Shown here: positions 24,401 to 36,900 of the stretch, piece after piece | How positions within the stretch are numbered: position 1 is the stretch's first letter | Layout of the letters: each line of letters opens with the position of its first letter | Origin: Yuukianura sp. NJ FZ-2021 | Lineage: Eukaryota | DNA length: 64,000 nucleotides | NCBI GenBank assembly: GCA_046563655.1 | Contig: CM102288.1 | Location: 3,410,001 to 3,474,000 of the forward strand | Direction: 5' to 3' | Notes under the pieces: model-generated | What the model was told of the DNA's origin: nothing | Databases searched by the model: none | What the model saw: only the letters and a program-made list of their open reading frames with translations | Program-made: the position numbers and the translations under genes

Positions 24401-27272
24401 CTGACTAGAGAATTGGAACGTGTCATTTCCATATCACATCAAAAGCCTATGTGACAAAAAATTGCACATGCGAAAAAATACCAAAAGTGACATGCCATTT
24501 TCCATGCAATTTAGTCCAACTCTTCCCCGGATAGGTTCATTTCTAGTTCTTTTCTCATGTTAAAAATTTTTTCGCAAAATCGTCCTTGAACAATAATTGC
24601 AAAATTTGTGTAATTTTCGGCTTTCCCTCAATCATGAGTAATTTAAGTGTAATTAAAACATCACATGCCTAAAATTGGCAAACACCAATCCATCTTATGT
24701 TTGCTTCCAACTTAACACACGTCTGACTTGTGTTCGACTTGCTAAAATTTGTAGAAGTGAAGAGCAATTTTGGCAATTTGGCACGAGATTCAAAATGGCG
24801 GGACATGTTTAACTAGTTGTAACATTCCATCTTTTGAAGTGCATAACAATTGTAAAACTCCTGCTTTTTCTTCAAATTGGCAATTTCGCCTTGTGGCGGA
24901 AGATTTTACATAATTTGGGCATTTGGAGTCTGGGAGTAGCCAAGCGTCAATGACTTTACTCAAAAGAGATGCTTTTTTAAAAAAATTGTAAAGAAATGGC
25001 AAGTTACGTTTATCATGCAGACACAACAAGCAAAAAAAAATTAAGCAATCACACACATTAATCAAACAAAAAAGATCTTGTGAGATGACACCAATTTGCA
25101 AAAATCTCCACCATCATCTTTGCAAACAAAAAGAAAAAACTGTACAAAAAAACCACACTCACTTCCTACTGCAATTGCAACCGACTTGCAAAAAAATCCG
25201 CACTATATTGCAAATTTTGAGGCGACTTTCTTTTTTTGCGAAAACTGAAAATCAGCACACGAGGGGCATTGAAAAAATTGAAAATAAGTACTTCAGGCTC
25301 TTTTTTGCAAAAAATGAAAGTCATTCATGTAAGCTCTGTGGCGTTTGGGAACAGTCCCACTCCCAACCGCCAAGGATAGAGGTGTATGGAATGGACAGTG
25401 CCTGTTATGGTAGCCTTCCGATTCTATCCTGTGCAGATTGTGACTCGATAGCTTAAGGGTTAGAGCTGTCTCCCCGGATTGGAGAAGGCGTGGGTTCGAA
25501 TCCCACTCGGTCACTTATTTTTTCTGCACTGTCATCGTGTGTCTCTCAAGCTATGTGAGCCCTGATCCCTCACATATGGTGCCGAAAGCCGGGAAGGCAG
25601 TGAGGGGGCTTGAGGGGCGGGTGATGTGGCGTTTGGGAACAGTCCCACTCCCAACCGCCAAGGATAGAGGTGTATGGAATGGACAGTGCCTGTTATGGTA
25701 GCCTTCCGATTCTATCCTGTGCAGATTGTGACTCGATAGCTTAAGGGTTAGAGCTGTCTCCCCGGATTGGAGAAGGCGTGGGTTCGAATCCCACTCGGTC
25801 ACTTATTTTTTCTGCACTGTCATCGTGTGTCTCTCAAGCTATGTGAGCCCTGATCCCTCACAGCTCTTCGCAGAAACATTCAAAACCGTATTCATTTCCC
25901 ATTGTACAAGGTTTTGCACATAATTGCAACAATAATTGCAATTTGTAAAATGATCTCCGGGGGAAGATGCTCCCAGGAGACTTCAGAGTTCAAAAACCTG
26001 TCAAAAATTGAATCGGAATACGTGCAGGACATGCACAAAAAAAGACGTCCAGTGGGTGCAACTTCCTTGTCAAGTTGTTTATTGCTCGGAAGCAAAAGAT
26101 GCTGTCAAGATGTGGTCAATGACCTTTGGCCACTGGCTGATTGCCAACAATTGCCAATCAAGATGCTGCTCCCGGGTAGACAATGACTTTTTAAATTAAA
26201 ATCACAATGTTGTCAAACTTTTGGCAGGCAGAGGCCGATGATTCCAGCGACACGCCCAATTTTTGCATTAAACTTTAAAGAAATGTGAATACGTCAATGG
26301 ACTTTGAAAACAATGGGATAATTGAAATTCAAAATTGTTTTCTTATGGTTCAAAATCTTTTCCGAAAAGCCTATCGTCTTGTTTATTTTTAGGAAAACAA
26401 CAATAGACAACGGGAATATTCAAAAGTTTCAGAAAAATATGCGTCAACGAACGGCACTTTTCTGGCCAAGCAAGCAGCGTAAGCAAATAACTGTTAAAAT
26501 TAAATTTTCAAAATAGGTAGCAATGAAATTTTCACTAAAGTGAAACTTCGCAAACCAAATTTTTGGTTTTTGAAAATGAAAAGTTTCATTTTTGGGAAGA
26601 CGGGAAGGACTTCAGAATGTTAGAAATTTCGGTTTTGGCGGACGACCTTTCCGTTTACCTCAAGATAAAACGAATGTAGTTAAAAAGCTGTGGATGGAAT
26701 TGCTGTTGATTATTTTGTCAGTTTAGCTAAATTTTTGTTAAAATTTTGAAAATTTGAGGTGATCATGATTAATTGCGGTTAATTGGAGGTGAGTAGTGTT
26801 GGGATTTAAGGAAGCCAGGACAATGATGTTGCAATTTCTGAATAATTTAGAAAGTGGACCAATCCATCTTGTTCTTTAGTCGATACAACAACAGGAGGCG
26901 GCATTTCACAGAACAAATCAAACTTTAACTAAATTTTGAATCAAAAACTTAATTATTTAAATTACTCTAAAACTTCCTGTTCCAATAAATGAAATTTTTA
27001 AAAATTTGCAAAAGTGGGACTTGAATGCCAGTGACAAAATGGAAATGCCAAAAATGCCTAAAAATATGTTAGGCTTTAGTTAGCAGTCCATAATCTAGGT
27101 ATAAATTAACTTAGGTTTTGAGTGGTGGTTCACTTTTTTTGGTGGGGCAATATTTTGGTGGGGCATGAAAAGTTGAAATGTGACTTTACCTGATGGTGGG
27201 GCCATGTCGATGACTGGCCAAGGTCACTTGACTGTCAGATTTCGTGTGATGCATCACTGCTTCAATTACCAT
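15486..27272 (-). CDS. Nep2: Neprilysin-2-like M13 zinc metallopeptidase (type II membrane protein)
   Basis: [10 protein letters not shown] (HExxH), [27 protein letters not shown] and C-terminal [18 protein letters not shown] exon [34 protein letters not shown] (21394-21266). Inferred first coding exon 27272-27190 (MVIEAVM...HGPTIR) splices in phase across a ~5.8-kb intron. Confidence 0.9.
25442..25513 (+). ncRNA. tRNA-like Pol III cassette in the 5' LTR (not a canonical tRNA)
   Basis: A-box TAGCTTAAGGG; D-stem GCTT/GAGC; anticodon-like stem TCTCC-CCGGATT-GGAGA; T-arm GTGGG-TTCGAAT-CCCAC (B-box GGTTCGAATCC); bulged acceptor stem; T6 run at 25518-25523. Confidence 0.8.
25730..25801 (+). ncRNA. 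tRNA-like Pol III cassette in the 3' LTR (copy of 25442-25513)
   Basis: Same sequence as the 5' LTR cassette, offset by 288 bp. Confidence 0.8.
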
Positions 27273-28784
27273 GTCTTTTTAAACGGCCTGCTTTTCCTAA
27301 AATTCCATTTAAAACCAACAAAGTTTTAAAAACTTTTTGTCCATTTGAGTTCTTTTTAGCAAGATTTGCACGCAGCGTATTTTCTAAATCTTCTAAAACC
27401 GGAATTTGAACGAATAAATTTTAGAATTTAAAATTTTGAAACTTTTCAATATGAACAACTAAGAAGTACGTTACTGTTGGAGTTGAGTCAGTTGTGACTT
27501 TGAAAAGAACAATGAAAGAAAATGCAGGAGAAATGGTTTGTTTGTTCTTATTTTTTTGTAGCGGAACAATTAGAGCAGGAGGCTCAACGAAAGTGAAATA
27601 ATTTTGCAACCGCTATTATTTACATTCCAATTATTTAGAGCACCACCATTACGCAACACTTCCAAATTACCAAAAATTTAAAAAGAAAAAACCAAAATTT
27701 TCCAAAAAAAATTTTTTGTAGTCTCCATTAACATTTTGTAAAAATTTCCTATCAAAACGCCTAGTCTTAAGGAGAAGTTCAATTGTAGTAGAAGAGTAGT
27801 TTGTGCAAAATTTTCATTACTTACTGAGAAATGTCGCAAAAAATGTTTCTAGTTCCGCTCAAATTGCTTTGTAGTTGTTTCCTGTTTTGTCTAAAATTGA
27901 ATTTGCGGCGTTCCAATAAAGGCCACCGTGTGAAAATTGTAATTAAAATTGTAACTTAATTGCCAAAAAATTAAGTTAGTCCCCGGTCGACACTCAAATT
28001 CCAAATGAATTCCAAATTCAAATCCTCCTCTTGTGAAGATCAAGCAGACTTAGTATGCCACCACTTCCACTTTTCCTGTAGCTCTTAAAATTAACAGGTT
28101 TCCTCTTCTGCTTTAAAAGCTAACCAAAAGTCCTCTTTTTCCCTAAGTGGATAAAGGTGGATTCTACTTTTGCCAAAACCAACAGGTTTTCAGTTCACTA
28201 GAGATGCAAAACCACAGAAACCAGGTAAGTTACCTTGGTTCTAATGGGAGAGACTTGTGCCAAAATGGTAACAAAATGTATCTTTTTCATGTCAATCTTC
28301 TCAATTGAAACAAACAAGATAAATTTTGACTCGTCTTCGGACAGATTAACCCCAAAAATCAATTGAGAGTTTGGGAACATGAAAAAGAATTGAACAGTGG
28401 CCACTTTCGGTGACCCACTCCAAGGTGAATTGGCAAATTTAATCTCAAAAACCTCAAATTTGTGATTTTAAATACAAGTTTCAAAATGGAAACTTGTTTA
28501 AAGAAGATGCTAACTTACTTATTTTTAGAATTTGAGGCTAACCGAAACACGCTTTGCGTAAAGGCATTCATAGTTACGTTGAAAGATTTAGAATCATTGC
28601 CAAAAATTTTGAACTTTTTGGAACTATTTTTAGATTTGTTGAGGAAGGATTCTCAAAGCAGTAAAAGGGACAAGAACTGAATTTCAACAGTTTCTGGAAA
28701 ACTGAAATCTTTGGAAACTTTTTTTTTTGGTTTTGGAGGATGCGAAATGCGATCCGGTTTTGCGGTTTTTTGGTTTGCGGCATC

Positions 28785-30516
28785 TCAGCACTTGTCTAGC
28801 GCCTGAGCCAAATCTGCCAACAGATCTTCTTCACTCTCCAATCCAACTGAAACCCGAATGAAGTTGTCAGTAATTCCCAGTTTTTGGCGCATTTCCGGCG
28901 GAAGAGAGGCATGAGTCATTGAAGCCCTAAGGAAATGACAGAAAATTCAGGTTGGGTATAATTTTAAAATTATCTGGTTCTAATATTTGGAAACCTACGG
29001 TACTTCTGCCAAACTTTCATATCCACCAAGACTTTCAGCGAGAGAAAAGATTTGGAGTTCTTGTAGGAACTTGTTTGGATCTCCAGCGCCTTCTTTGATG
29101 TAGAATGAAAGAAGTCCAGAGTGTCCAGAACATTGTTTCAGAGCAAGAGCATGTTGCGGGTGAGACGGAAGTCCTGGATGAAGAACTTTGGATACCTTGG
29201 GGTGCTTTTCCAGGAACTTTCCAACTGCCAAGGCGTTGCTCATGTGTAAAGGCATTCGGACGTGAAGAGTCTTCAAACTGCGATTGACCAAGAAGCAGTC
29301 AAATGGAGACGGAACTGCTCCGATTGCTACACAGAAAAAAATTCGTTTCTGAATTCTGAAAACGTTTTTTGAAAAGATGTTTGAGACAATGGTGTACCAT
29401 ATTGAAGAAAGGAAATTCGTTTATCAAGTTCTTCGTTGTTGGTGACAATGGCTCCCATCAACACATCGGAATGTCCATTCATGTACTTTGTAAGGCTGTA
29501 TACGACCAAATCAGCTCCGAGCTCCAACGGTTGCTGTGAGATGGTCGAAATCAAAAGTTAGAACAATTGAAAATTGAATTTAAGATGTTGTTTAAAAAAA
29601 ATTATAGCGCTGTGTACCTGATAGAATGGGGTGAGGAACGTGTTGTCCACAACCACAATGATATCCTTGTTATATGAATGAGCAATTTCAGAAACTTTGG
29701 CAATGTCAACGAGTTTCAATGTTGGATTGGTCGGTGTCTCTGCCCAAACGACCTGAAGCAAAGCAAAAATCAAAGCATCATAAGCATATGAAATTCACTG
29801 ATAAATGAACGACACGCTTCATAACCTTTGACTCTTCTTGAGTCAGCAAAACGAAACTTGCTTTATCTTTCTTTTACCTTGGTGCTGGGCGTGAGAGCGG
29901 CCCGCAGCTCCTCAGGGTTAGCAAAGTCAACGAAGTCGGCACAAAAGCCGTTGGTCTTGCCCAATTGTCGAAAGAGTCTTCCAGTTCCACCGTAGACGTC
30001 ATCTATGCAAACGATATGATCTCCAGACGTCATCAACTGGACAATTGCGGAACAAGCTGCGAGACCTGACCCGAAGCAAGTTGCTACACGAGAAAAGAGA
30101 TAACGTTGAGGACACAAGAATCATTCGCTTGCACGTACGTCACAGTAAAAGGGCTGATAAATTCTTAGTTACCGAATTTTGCTTTATCAAGAGCTGCCAA
30201 CGTTTCTTCCAGAACTTGTCTTGATGGATTTCCACTTCGAGTGTAGTCGTAGCCCTTGAAAAAAAAATCCTTTAACAATTTTGATAAAAATTTTGAATTT
30301 TTTGATTTTTTTTTTTTGAGTACTTACTCGATGTTTTGCAGGTTCATCTTGAACAAATGTGGTTGAAAGCGTAATTGCAGGAACTACGGGTGCGTGACTG
30401 AAATCTTTTGGTTTGTAACCAGCATGGATCGCTGCGGTTGCAAAATTTTTGCTCACAGCTTTCCAACCACTATTGTGCTCTCCGTTGACCACTCCGTTTG
30501 TTGTTCCGTTCATCAT
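28785..30516 (-). CDS. CTH: Cystathionine gamma-lyase (Cys/Met metabolism PLP-dependent enzyme)
   Basis: [48 protein letters not shown]-lysine motif [13 protein letters not shown] and [15 protein letters not shown], across about 7 exons. Confidence 0.95.
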
Positions 30517-32240
30517 CTAAAAAAACATAAATTCAAAAAAAGCGATTCTTTTTAAATTACACCTTCAAGGCCAAATAACATGAACTTTTGTTGGGTATTT
30601 TCCTCCTTACCTTCTTTTTTTCCCCAAAATACACAAGTTCAATAATACTGGAAACTTTTTGAAGCAGAGCAACGTCCGTCCGTCGAGTCCTGAGTCTAAA
30701 TCTGGAAAGAAAGTGAAAGCTCAAGAAGCGAAGTGAGCATATTTAACAAGGAATAGGAATCCATTATCCATTTTTATAAAACCCAATGTCGTCATCTTTT
30801 TCTAAATGGCAAGGTCAAACTGATAAATACTTGACACTAAAAAATAGCTTAACCATAACCTTCTAGCTAATTTTAAAAGTTTAGACTCCACTTCAGTTAA
30901 TGACAAACTGACAAGTGACAACGACACTTTAGCTGAGGTTTTGAGGAGAGTAATCAAATCACAAAGTAAATTAAGGCTAGGCACGCGTGTCACTTGATTT
31001 ACTTACCTACGTCTTTTTAGTCCCTGCCCCTCCACCGCTAAGCACGATTACGATTAGCCTTGAATAAAAATGAAACAGAACTAAGCTACTACGAAGGTCG
31101 ACAGCTGTCGAGGTATCATGTGAGTTGCTTACGTGACGTGTAGCAGGCTAAAAGTGACGGATGATGTAACCTACTCCGTGACGACTAGAAAAAAAAAGAG
31201 ATCAAGTGCCCGGGTTCTGATTTGCACCGCAAGAGATCAAGCTTTGGTAATAATTTGCATTATTCTTATCTTCAAAGATGTAAGTGGCGGCGAGTGTAAA
31301 AGCTACCCTAGGCGCCCACGTTTCACAAATCATGGCGACATAGTTACGCAAAATTTGTATCAAAAATAGTTTTACAAGTTAAAATTTACGCCGGGTTTTG
31401 ACTTTTAACTAACGAGAAATACTTTGTTTTAGTTTACTTTTAATTAAGTAATTGCTCAAATCATTTCTACAGTTAATTCAAACTGTTTTGCTCAAAGTAA
31501 ACATTATGTTAAAAAATATTTACATGATTCCCAGCTATTCATCTGACTATTTTGGTATGTAGTGCGGATTACCCTTACATGGGTTCAATATGTAAACAAA
31601 TCTTGAGATTTTTTGTGAATGAATGGAGTTTTGACAGGTGAAAAGAGATTAGCCGCAAGGAATTTTAAGTGTTATCTTCTTCATCTTCATCTCTTCACTT
31701 TCACTTGCTTTAGATCTGTTGTTCCAGGTGACCAAAGGTCAGTGACCTCTGGGACGACCATCTCATCTTACTCCCACTTGGGCTTGGCCCGGTCTTGGAC
31801 ATAAAACCTAACCTCACCTCTTCAGAAGAGGTTCGTCTCCCTATCATCATCTGATTCGTATCTTCATTCTCCACTTGTTCCTCTTGATTCATACTCAAAA
31901 TGTTCTCTGTGGGTGTGAGCTTCAAGTTCACTTCAGTCAAATCCCTTACTGACTCAAACATCAAGCCAATTCAACAGGTGAGAGAACAAATAGGACTTTA
32001 AACTTAAAAAAGTAATTTAACGGTGATTCTTAAGTCTTTCGAGTTATTACTTTGCTAATTTTTAAGTACTAGCCTACGTAAGTACTTCATGTTCTAAAAA
32101 TGTTTCTTCATGTTTCTCTTTTTAGGGTCCGAGCTCAAGTCGGAACTAAGAGGAATAGTATCAAGCACCGAGAATTTTGAAAACGCTGATCGGTGTTAGC
32201 AAAACTTTTGTCAGCGGAAGCCTGAAACCTGAGACACGAT

Positions 32241-33909
32241 ATGGATAACACAGAGAATCAACTGAGGACGCTGCTAAACGGAGGTGGATTGGATGATGAC
32301 TCGCTATTCTGTGACTTCAGCTTGACCTCGCAGAGTGAAGCACTGGGTGAGTTTGACATCGGGTGCTTTGTACGCGTTTCACTTTCAGTTTGAATTGTTT
32401 TCTTTTTTTGCGGTTTCAGCATCGAAGGGAATTACGGCAACAGGACCTACGGAATTTGTTCCAACGACCAAGAAAACTGTAACTTATATTGTGGCAGCAG
32501 TACTCGTGAATGACCAAAAAGAAGTCCTAATGATGCAAGAAGCTAAACAAATTTGTTATGGCCAGTAAGTTTTTGGTAATTTATTACACTAAGCACATGA
32601 AAGTTACACCAATTCTAATTTTAACTTTTCAAGGTGGTACTTGCCTGCTGGAAGGATGGAACCTGGAGAAACAATCAACGTAAAGCTTGTTCTTGACTTT
32701 TTAAAATTCGACAAAAACAGAATTTTACGACTGAAATTTTTAGGATGCTGTCAAACGAGAAGTTTTAGAAGAAACTGGATTGACCTTTGAACCAACGACG
32801 TTGCTTATGGTCGAATCAGCCACTGGAGTTTGGTATCGCTTTGTCATGACGGGAAATGTCACTGGAGGTCAACTCAAAACCGTATCAGATGGTGACAGTG
32901 AATCACTCCAAGCCAAATGGGTCCGAGATGTTCGTGAATTGAATCTAAGAGCCAGTGATGTCTTACCGCTAATCGATAAAGGTGCTAACTCTCAATTTAC
33001 TTCTACTAATTGTCTAGTTTGCTAATTTCTCCCGTTCAACTAAGTAGGTTTGGAGTACCACAATCGAAAATCAGAACCTTGGCATGCCAAACTCCTGCCC
33101 GCTGTGATCGGTCACACCAAGCTGTACATGCGTCTAGCCATTGTCATTCGGAAGAAGGTCAAGTACGTGACATTGTAACTCCGTTAGTTTACAAAGTTTA
33201 TTTGTATAATTTCTGACAATTTGCAATTACTAATTATCAGTAAGGTCACCTTCAATTGACACAATTCCTCTTCTCAAAATTTGTTTACACAAACTATTTT
33301 AAACATTTTCAGTAATCGAGTCCACGTGTTGGTATCAGAGAAGGATCATGTCCACCTTCCTCTATGCGAAATCCATCCACAAAAGAGCCTTCACTCCACT
33401 CTCAAAAAATACATGAATGTAAGCGGATAAAATTGAAATAGTATCTAGTTATTTGGCTTCGATCCGAAAGAAAATGAATTTAGCTCAGTAGTAACTTTAA
33501 AAACAATGATTTAATATAATATAATTTTTTTTATATCCAGGAAGTATTTGGTTCCGATCTGCCACAACATCGGCCACATGGAATCCTGAGCGTAGAGTAC
33601 AACGGCATTCCAGCAGCATCTCACGACGGAGTTTGTCTCAACATTTTAGTTTCAATTCGCCAACCATTGGAAGAGGTAAAAAATGTTTTATGTCTTATGT
33701 TTTGTCTGTTTTACGTAACTTCTTACTTGTCGTATTTAAAAAAGCAGTTTTTCAAAAACTTACAAACGATTTTGAAACCTAACTTCCTTCATTTTCAGGT
33801 GATGCTAATTGACAAGTACTCTTGGAAGGAAGTGAGTTCAGGATTGGGAGACGACCTCATCTCTCGCCTTGCTAAAAATCTCACTGTACCACTCCATGTC
33901 ATCCGCTAA
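32241..33909 (+). CDS. NUDT18: 8-oxo-dGDP phosphatase NUDT18-like Nudix hydrolase
   Basis: VTYIVAAVLVNDQKEVLMMQEAK; Nudix box [28 protein letters not shown] (split by an intron); WYRFVMTGNVTGGQLK; DSESLQAKW. Divergent from CTH. Confidence 0.9.
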
Positions 33910-36900
33910 ATTCCAAAATTACACCAACATGCAACGAAAAACAAAATCAAAACAACGGAAACAATGCAGCTACAACTTTTAACTCCAAAGTTATGTTTTT
34001 TAAACCTCACGTACTAAACTTTTACCAAATTATTCAAAATTGCAAAATTTTAATACAAAGCTTCACGCTCTTAAAATAGCTCCATTTTTACAGACACAGT
34101 TCAAGTATTCGCCTACGGTTTCCACTTAACCTACTGCTGATGATTTATTTTCAAGTGAATTTAAAGATAAGTCTGAGCAAATAATTGAAACTGGAAAGTT
34201 AATCTTCTTTTTTGAGAATGATGAGAGTGGAGTTACTTTGTATTTGAATATTTTTTTCAGTTTACATTTATAATGAGAATCGTGAGTAACTGGAGTGGAG
34301 TGAGTAATTGAAACTTGAGATTAGTTGTAAGCGTATCAATTTTTTCAGAAGAAGAAAGACGGTATTCTCACACCTTGAATTCCAGTATCGTCTAACATTT
34401 TGTTTGCTTACCCTTTAGCACTGTCCTGGAAGTTTTAGTCTCTTTATCGGTCGCAGTTTTTATCCTAACACAAATATCACCACAAATCAATCGATTCCAT
34501 TCAAAGACCAAAAAAAAGTTGCCATTTTTCTACACAACTTTACTTTTTGTCTGCAATATTGTAGGCGTCTGAGTAAATTTACACTAAACTTTTCAATTTT
34601 CATTGATTTTGAAGCATTTTCAACAATGCGGAGTTTTTTCCCGCCCTTTTTTGATCTGCGATAAGCGGTCACGTGCTAATACGCAGCAACGTGAACATTC
34701 CTCTCACTGTTTTCACATTCCCTCTTTTTTTTCGTTTTACTCCGTTTCTTTTTAAAAAGTAAAGTAAATTCTCTGTTATCCATAAAATTCTGTGTTTTTA
34801 ATTGCCAATTTTTAGAGCGCAGTTAATTCCAAAAAGGAAAAAATTGTTTACAAAATGTAAAAGTTTATGATTCGTGGCCAAACCCAAATTGCAAAAATGA
34901 AAAACCTCTTAGGCCAAAAAATTTCAGTTTTGAGTATATCGTAATTACAAGTCCTAAAAATAGAAAAGTCTGAAGTTTTTAGTACATCTTTTGCTCTCTC
35001 ATCAACCGGAAGGTTCGTAATGTTTCAATCTTTGAAATTCAGACTTACTTTTGAAAAAAACGGAACAACCGGTACGGGGGGAGGGGTTGTTTGAGTGTTA
35101 CGTAATCTGCGGATGCTCCCTCCAACACTCAGATTCTTTTATGACCGAGTCACTTGGAACTTCATCTCCAGTCGGCTTGGACTCCTTGCCTCGAGCACAC
35201 TTCAAACAAAACGTTCGTTGTTTCTTCCAAAAGTGTCCAAACTTGGGAATTGACAGGCAGGGAAAGTTACTTTCTTTGACATTCTTTGAGTTAGTTTTAG
35301 AAAAGTTAGATTTAGTTAACATTTTAAAAAACTGCAGTGAGATTTGAGTTCAAGAGTTCAGTGACTTGAACTCCTCTTTTGAAAGGAAAGAGAAGTTCCT
35401 GAATCCTGACTATTAACATTCATCTCTCATTAGAATCTGCAACAAATCATCTCTGTTAAATTAGCAAAGTGTGCGAATTCTCAAGTACTGGACCACACCT
35501 TAAGAGATGTGATAGGTTCAGGAGATCTTGAAGATTAAGCTACTAAGTACCCCTTCCAACAACTTCTAAAAATAGACAAGTTGATCTCTTCGTTAAGAGT
35601 TCAAGAGACAGAGTACAGTGGTGGACTTAAGGAAGAACATGATTCTGAGAGGCCCTTCAGGGCCCTGGGCCCTTTTGGCCCTCACTACATTCCTCGTCTT
35701 CACACTTCTACAGGCCAAGGAGGCACAGGTCAGTTGACTCTTTTCATTTACTTTTGAATTCAGAATTTTTAAAATTTCTATTCATCTTTGTAAAGATTTG
35801 ATGCGTTTTTTAAATTATAAAAGGAATGTCGACGTTTTTGAATTTTAAAAACGAATTGAAATTCGCGCCAATTGGCCAATTCGATCTTAAACTGACGCCG
35901 GTCGTGTCACCAAGATGACCTCCTTATCGAAATGAAATTTTAATTTGATTTTGTATTTTTTCCTTTCAAAAACTTAACAAACTTTACTTGATTTCGACAT
36001 TTTTTAAAATTTTGAACTAATTTCACACACAGTTTAACCTGCAGTATTTTTTTTGTCGTAATGTTTATTTGCAAACGTACCGGGAGATTTTAGATTTTGA
36101 ATTTTGGCACCATGTCATCTTGGAACGAAACCCCAGTAGAAAATGAGGCTGTAGAAAGTGCAAAACTGCCTGTTTGCAAATTTTTTGCAAACCGCCCACG
36201 ATCCAATCTTCTAACAAAATATGAGGAGAGCATGAAAAAGTCAGTTTTGGAAGATCAACATGCAGATTTTGCAATATTTTTCCCGTGTGAACTAAAAATC
36301 CAAAGTGAGACAGATGACATAAGAAGTCACGCCCAGACGTTCTCCTAGTTTTTGTCTCTCCTTAACAAACCGTGTCAAATTATTTTTCAAACTTAAGCAG
36401 ATCTGCACAGATTAATCTCCAAAAGTGTCAAAAAAGGATTTGAGTAATGGTGCCGGTGTCGTCAATGTCTCGGATGCTCAAAATTGGCAAATTCGCAAAT
36501 TCAATTTTGCAATTCACTAAAGTTTGCCTCAAAAGTTCAAAACTGTATCTCAAGATTTCGCTTATTCAGATCTTCAGTTTTGAAATTGAAATACAATTCA
36601 ATTATTCTTTTATTAAGAAAAATAATGCCGTCTGTGTCTCAAGGCTTTTCTTTTTGAAAAGTTGCGAAAAATGAGACCAATGAACCACAGATTTGCCAAT
36701 TTTTGCCAATAAATTGTCAACTTGTGCCTGTCTTAATTGAAAATTGGCATCAATAACATTTGAAACTTCAATTTTAAATTGGAAAACAAAGAAAAATTGG
36801 CGACCAGCCAATTTGTGCGTTTTTTTAAATCACAGCAACTTTTTTTTTCAAATCGTTTTGTTTGATCTTGTTGGATTATTTAGCCAATTGGACAAAGCAG

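Larger units (their letters stand above)
25337..25862 (+). mobile_element. Terminal-repeat retrotransposon in miniature (TRIM) with tRNA-like cassettes in both LTRs (Helenus-like)
   Basis: LTR1 25337-25574 and LTR2 25625-25862 (238 bp each, TG...CA, identical by eye). The 50-bp internal region has PBS TGGTGCCGAAAGCCGGGA (25577-25594; 17/18 match to the complement of the eukaryotic tRNA-Phe 3' end) and a purine-rich tract (GAGGGGCGGGTGA) abutting LTR2. GCTC TSD at 25333-25336 and 25863-25866. Confidence 0.95.

Noticed and set aside
25442..25801. Pair of genuine tRNA-Ser(GGA) genes, or a simple tandem SINE duplication
   Set aside because: Non-canonical anticodon loop, no long variable arm and a bulged acceptor stem. 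The flanking TG...CA ends, PBS, PPT and TSD show an LTR element instead.
25337..25862. Retrozyme (hammerhead-containing TRIM)
   Set aside because: No CUGANGA...GAAA core found; CTGATCC at 25562 does not fit.
25892..26095. F-box-like peptide [13 protein letters not shown] on the minus strand
   Set aside because: The similarity stops after about 12 residues, the frame ends shortly after, and no exon structure supports it.
25902..26186. Neuropeptide-precursor-like ORF (hydrophobic start, KKRR/KR, Cys)
   Set aside because: TTG start, Cys spacing is not insulin-like, and there is no other support.
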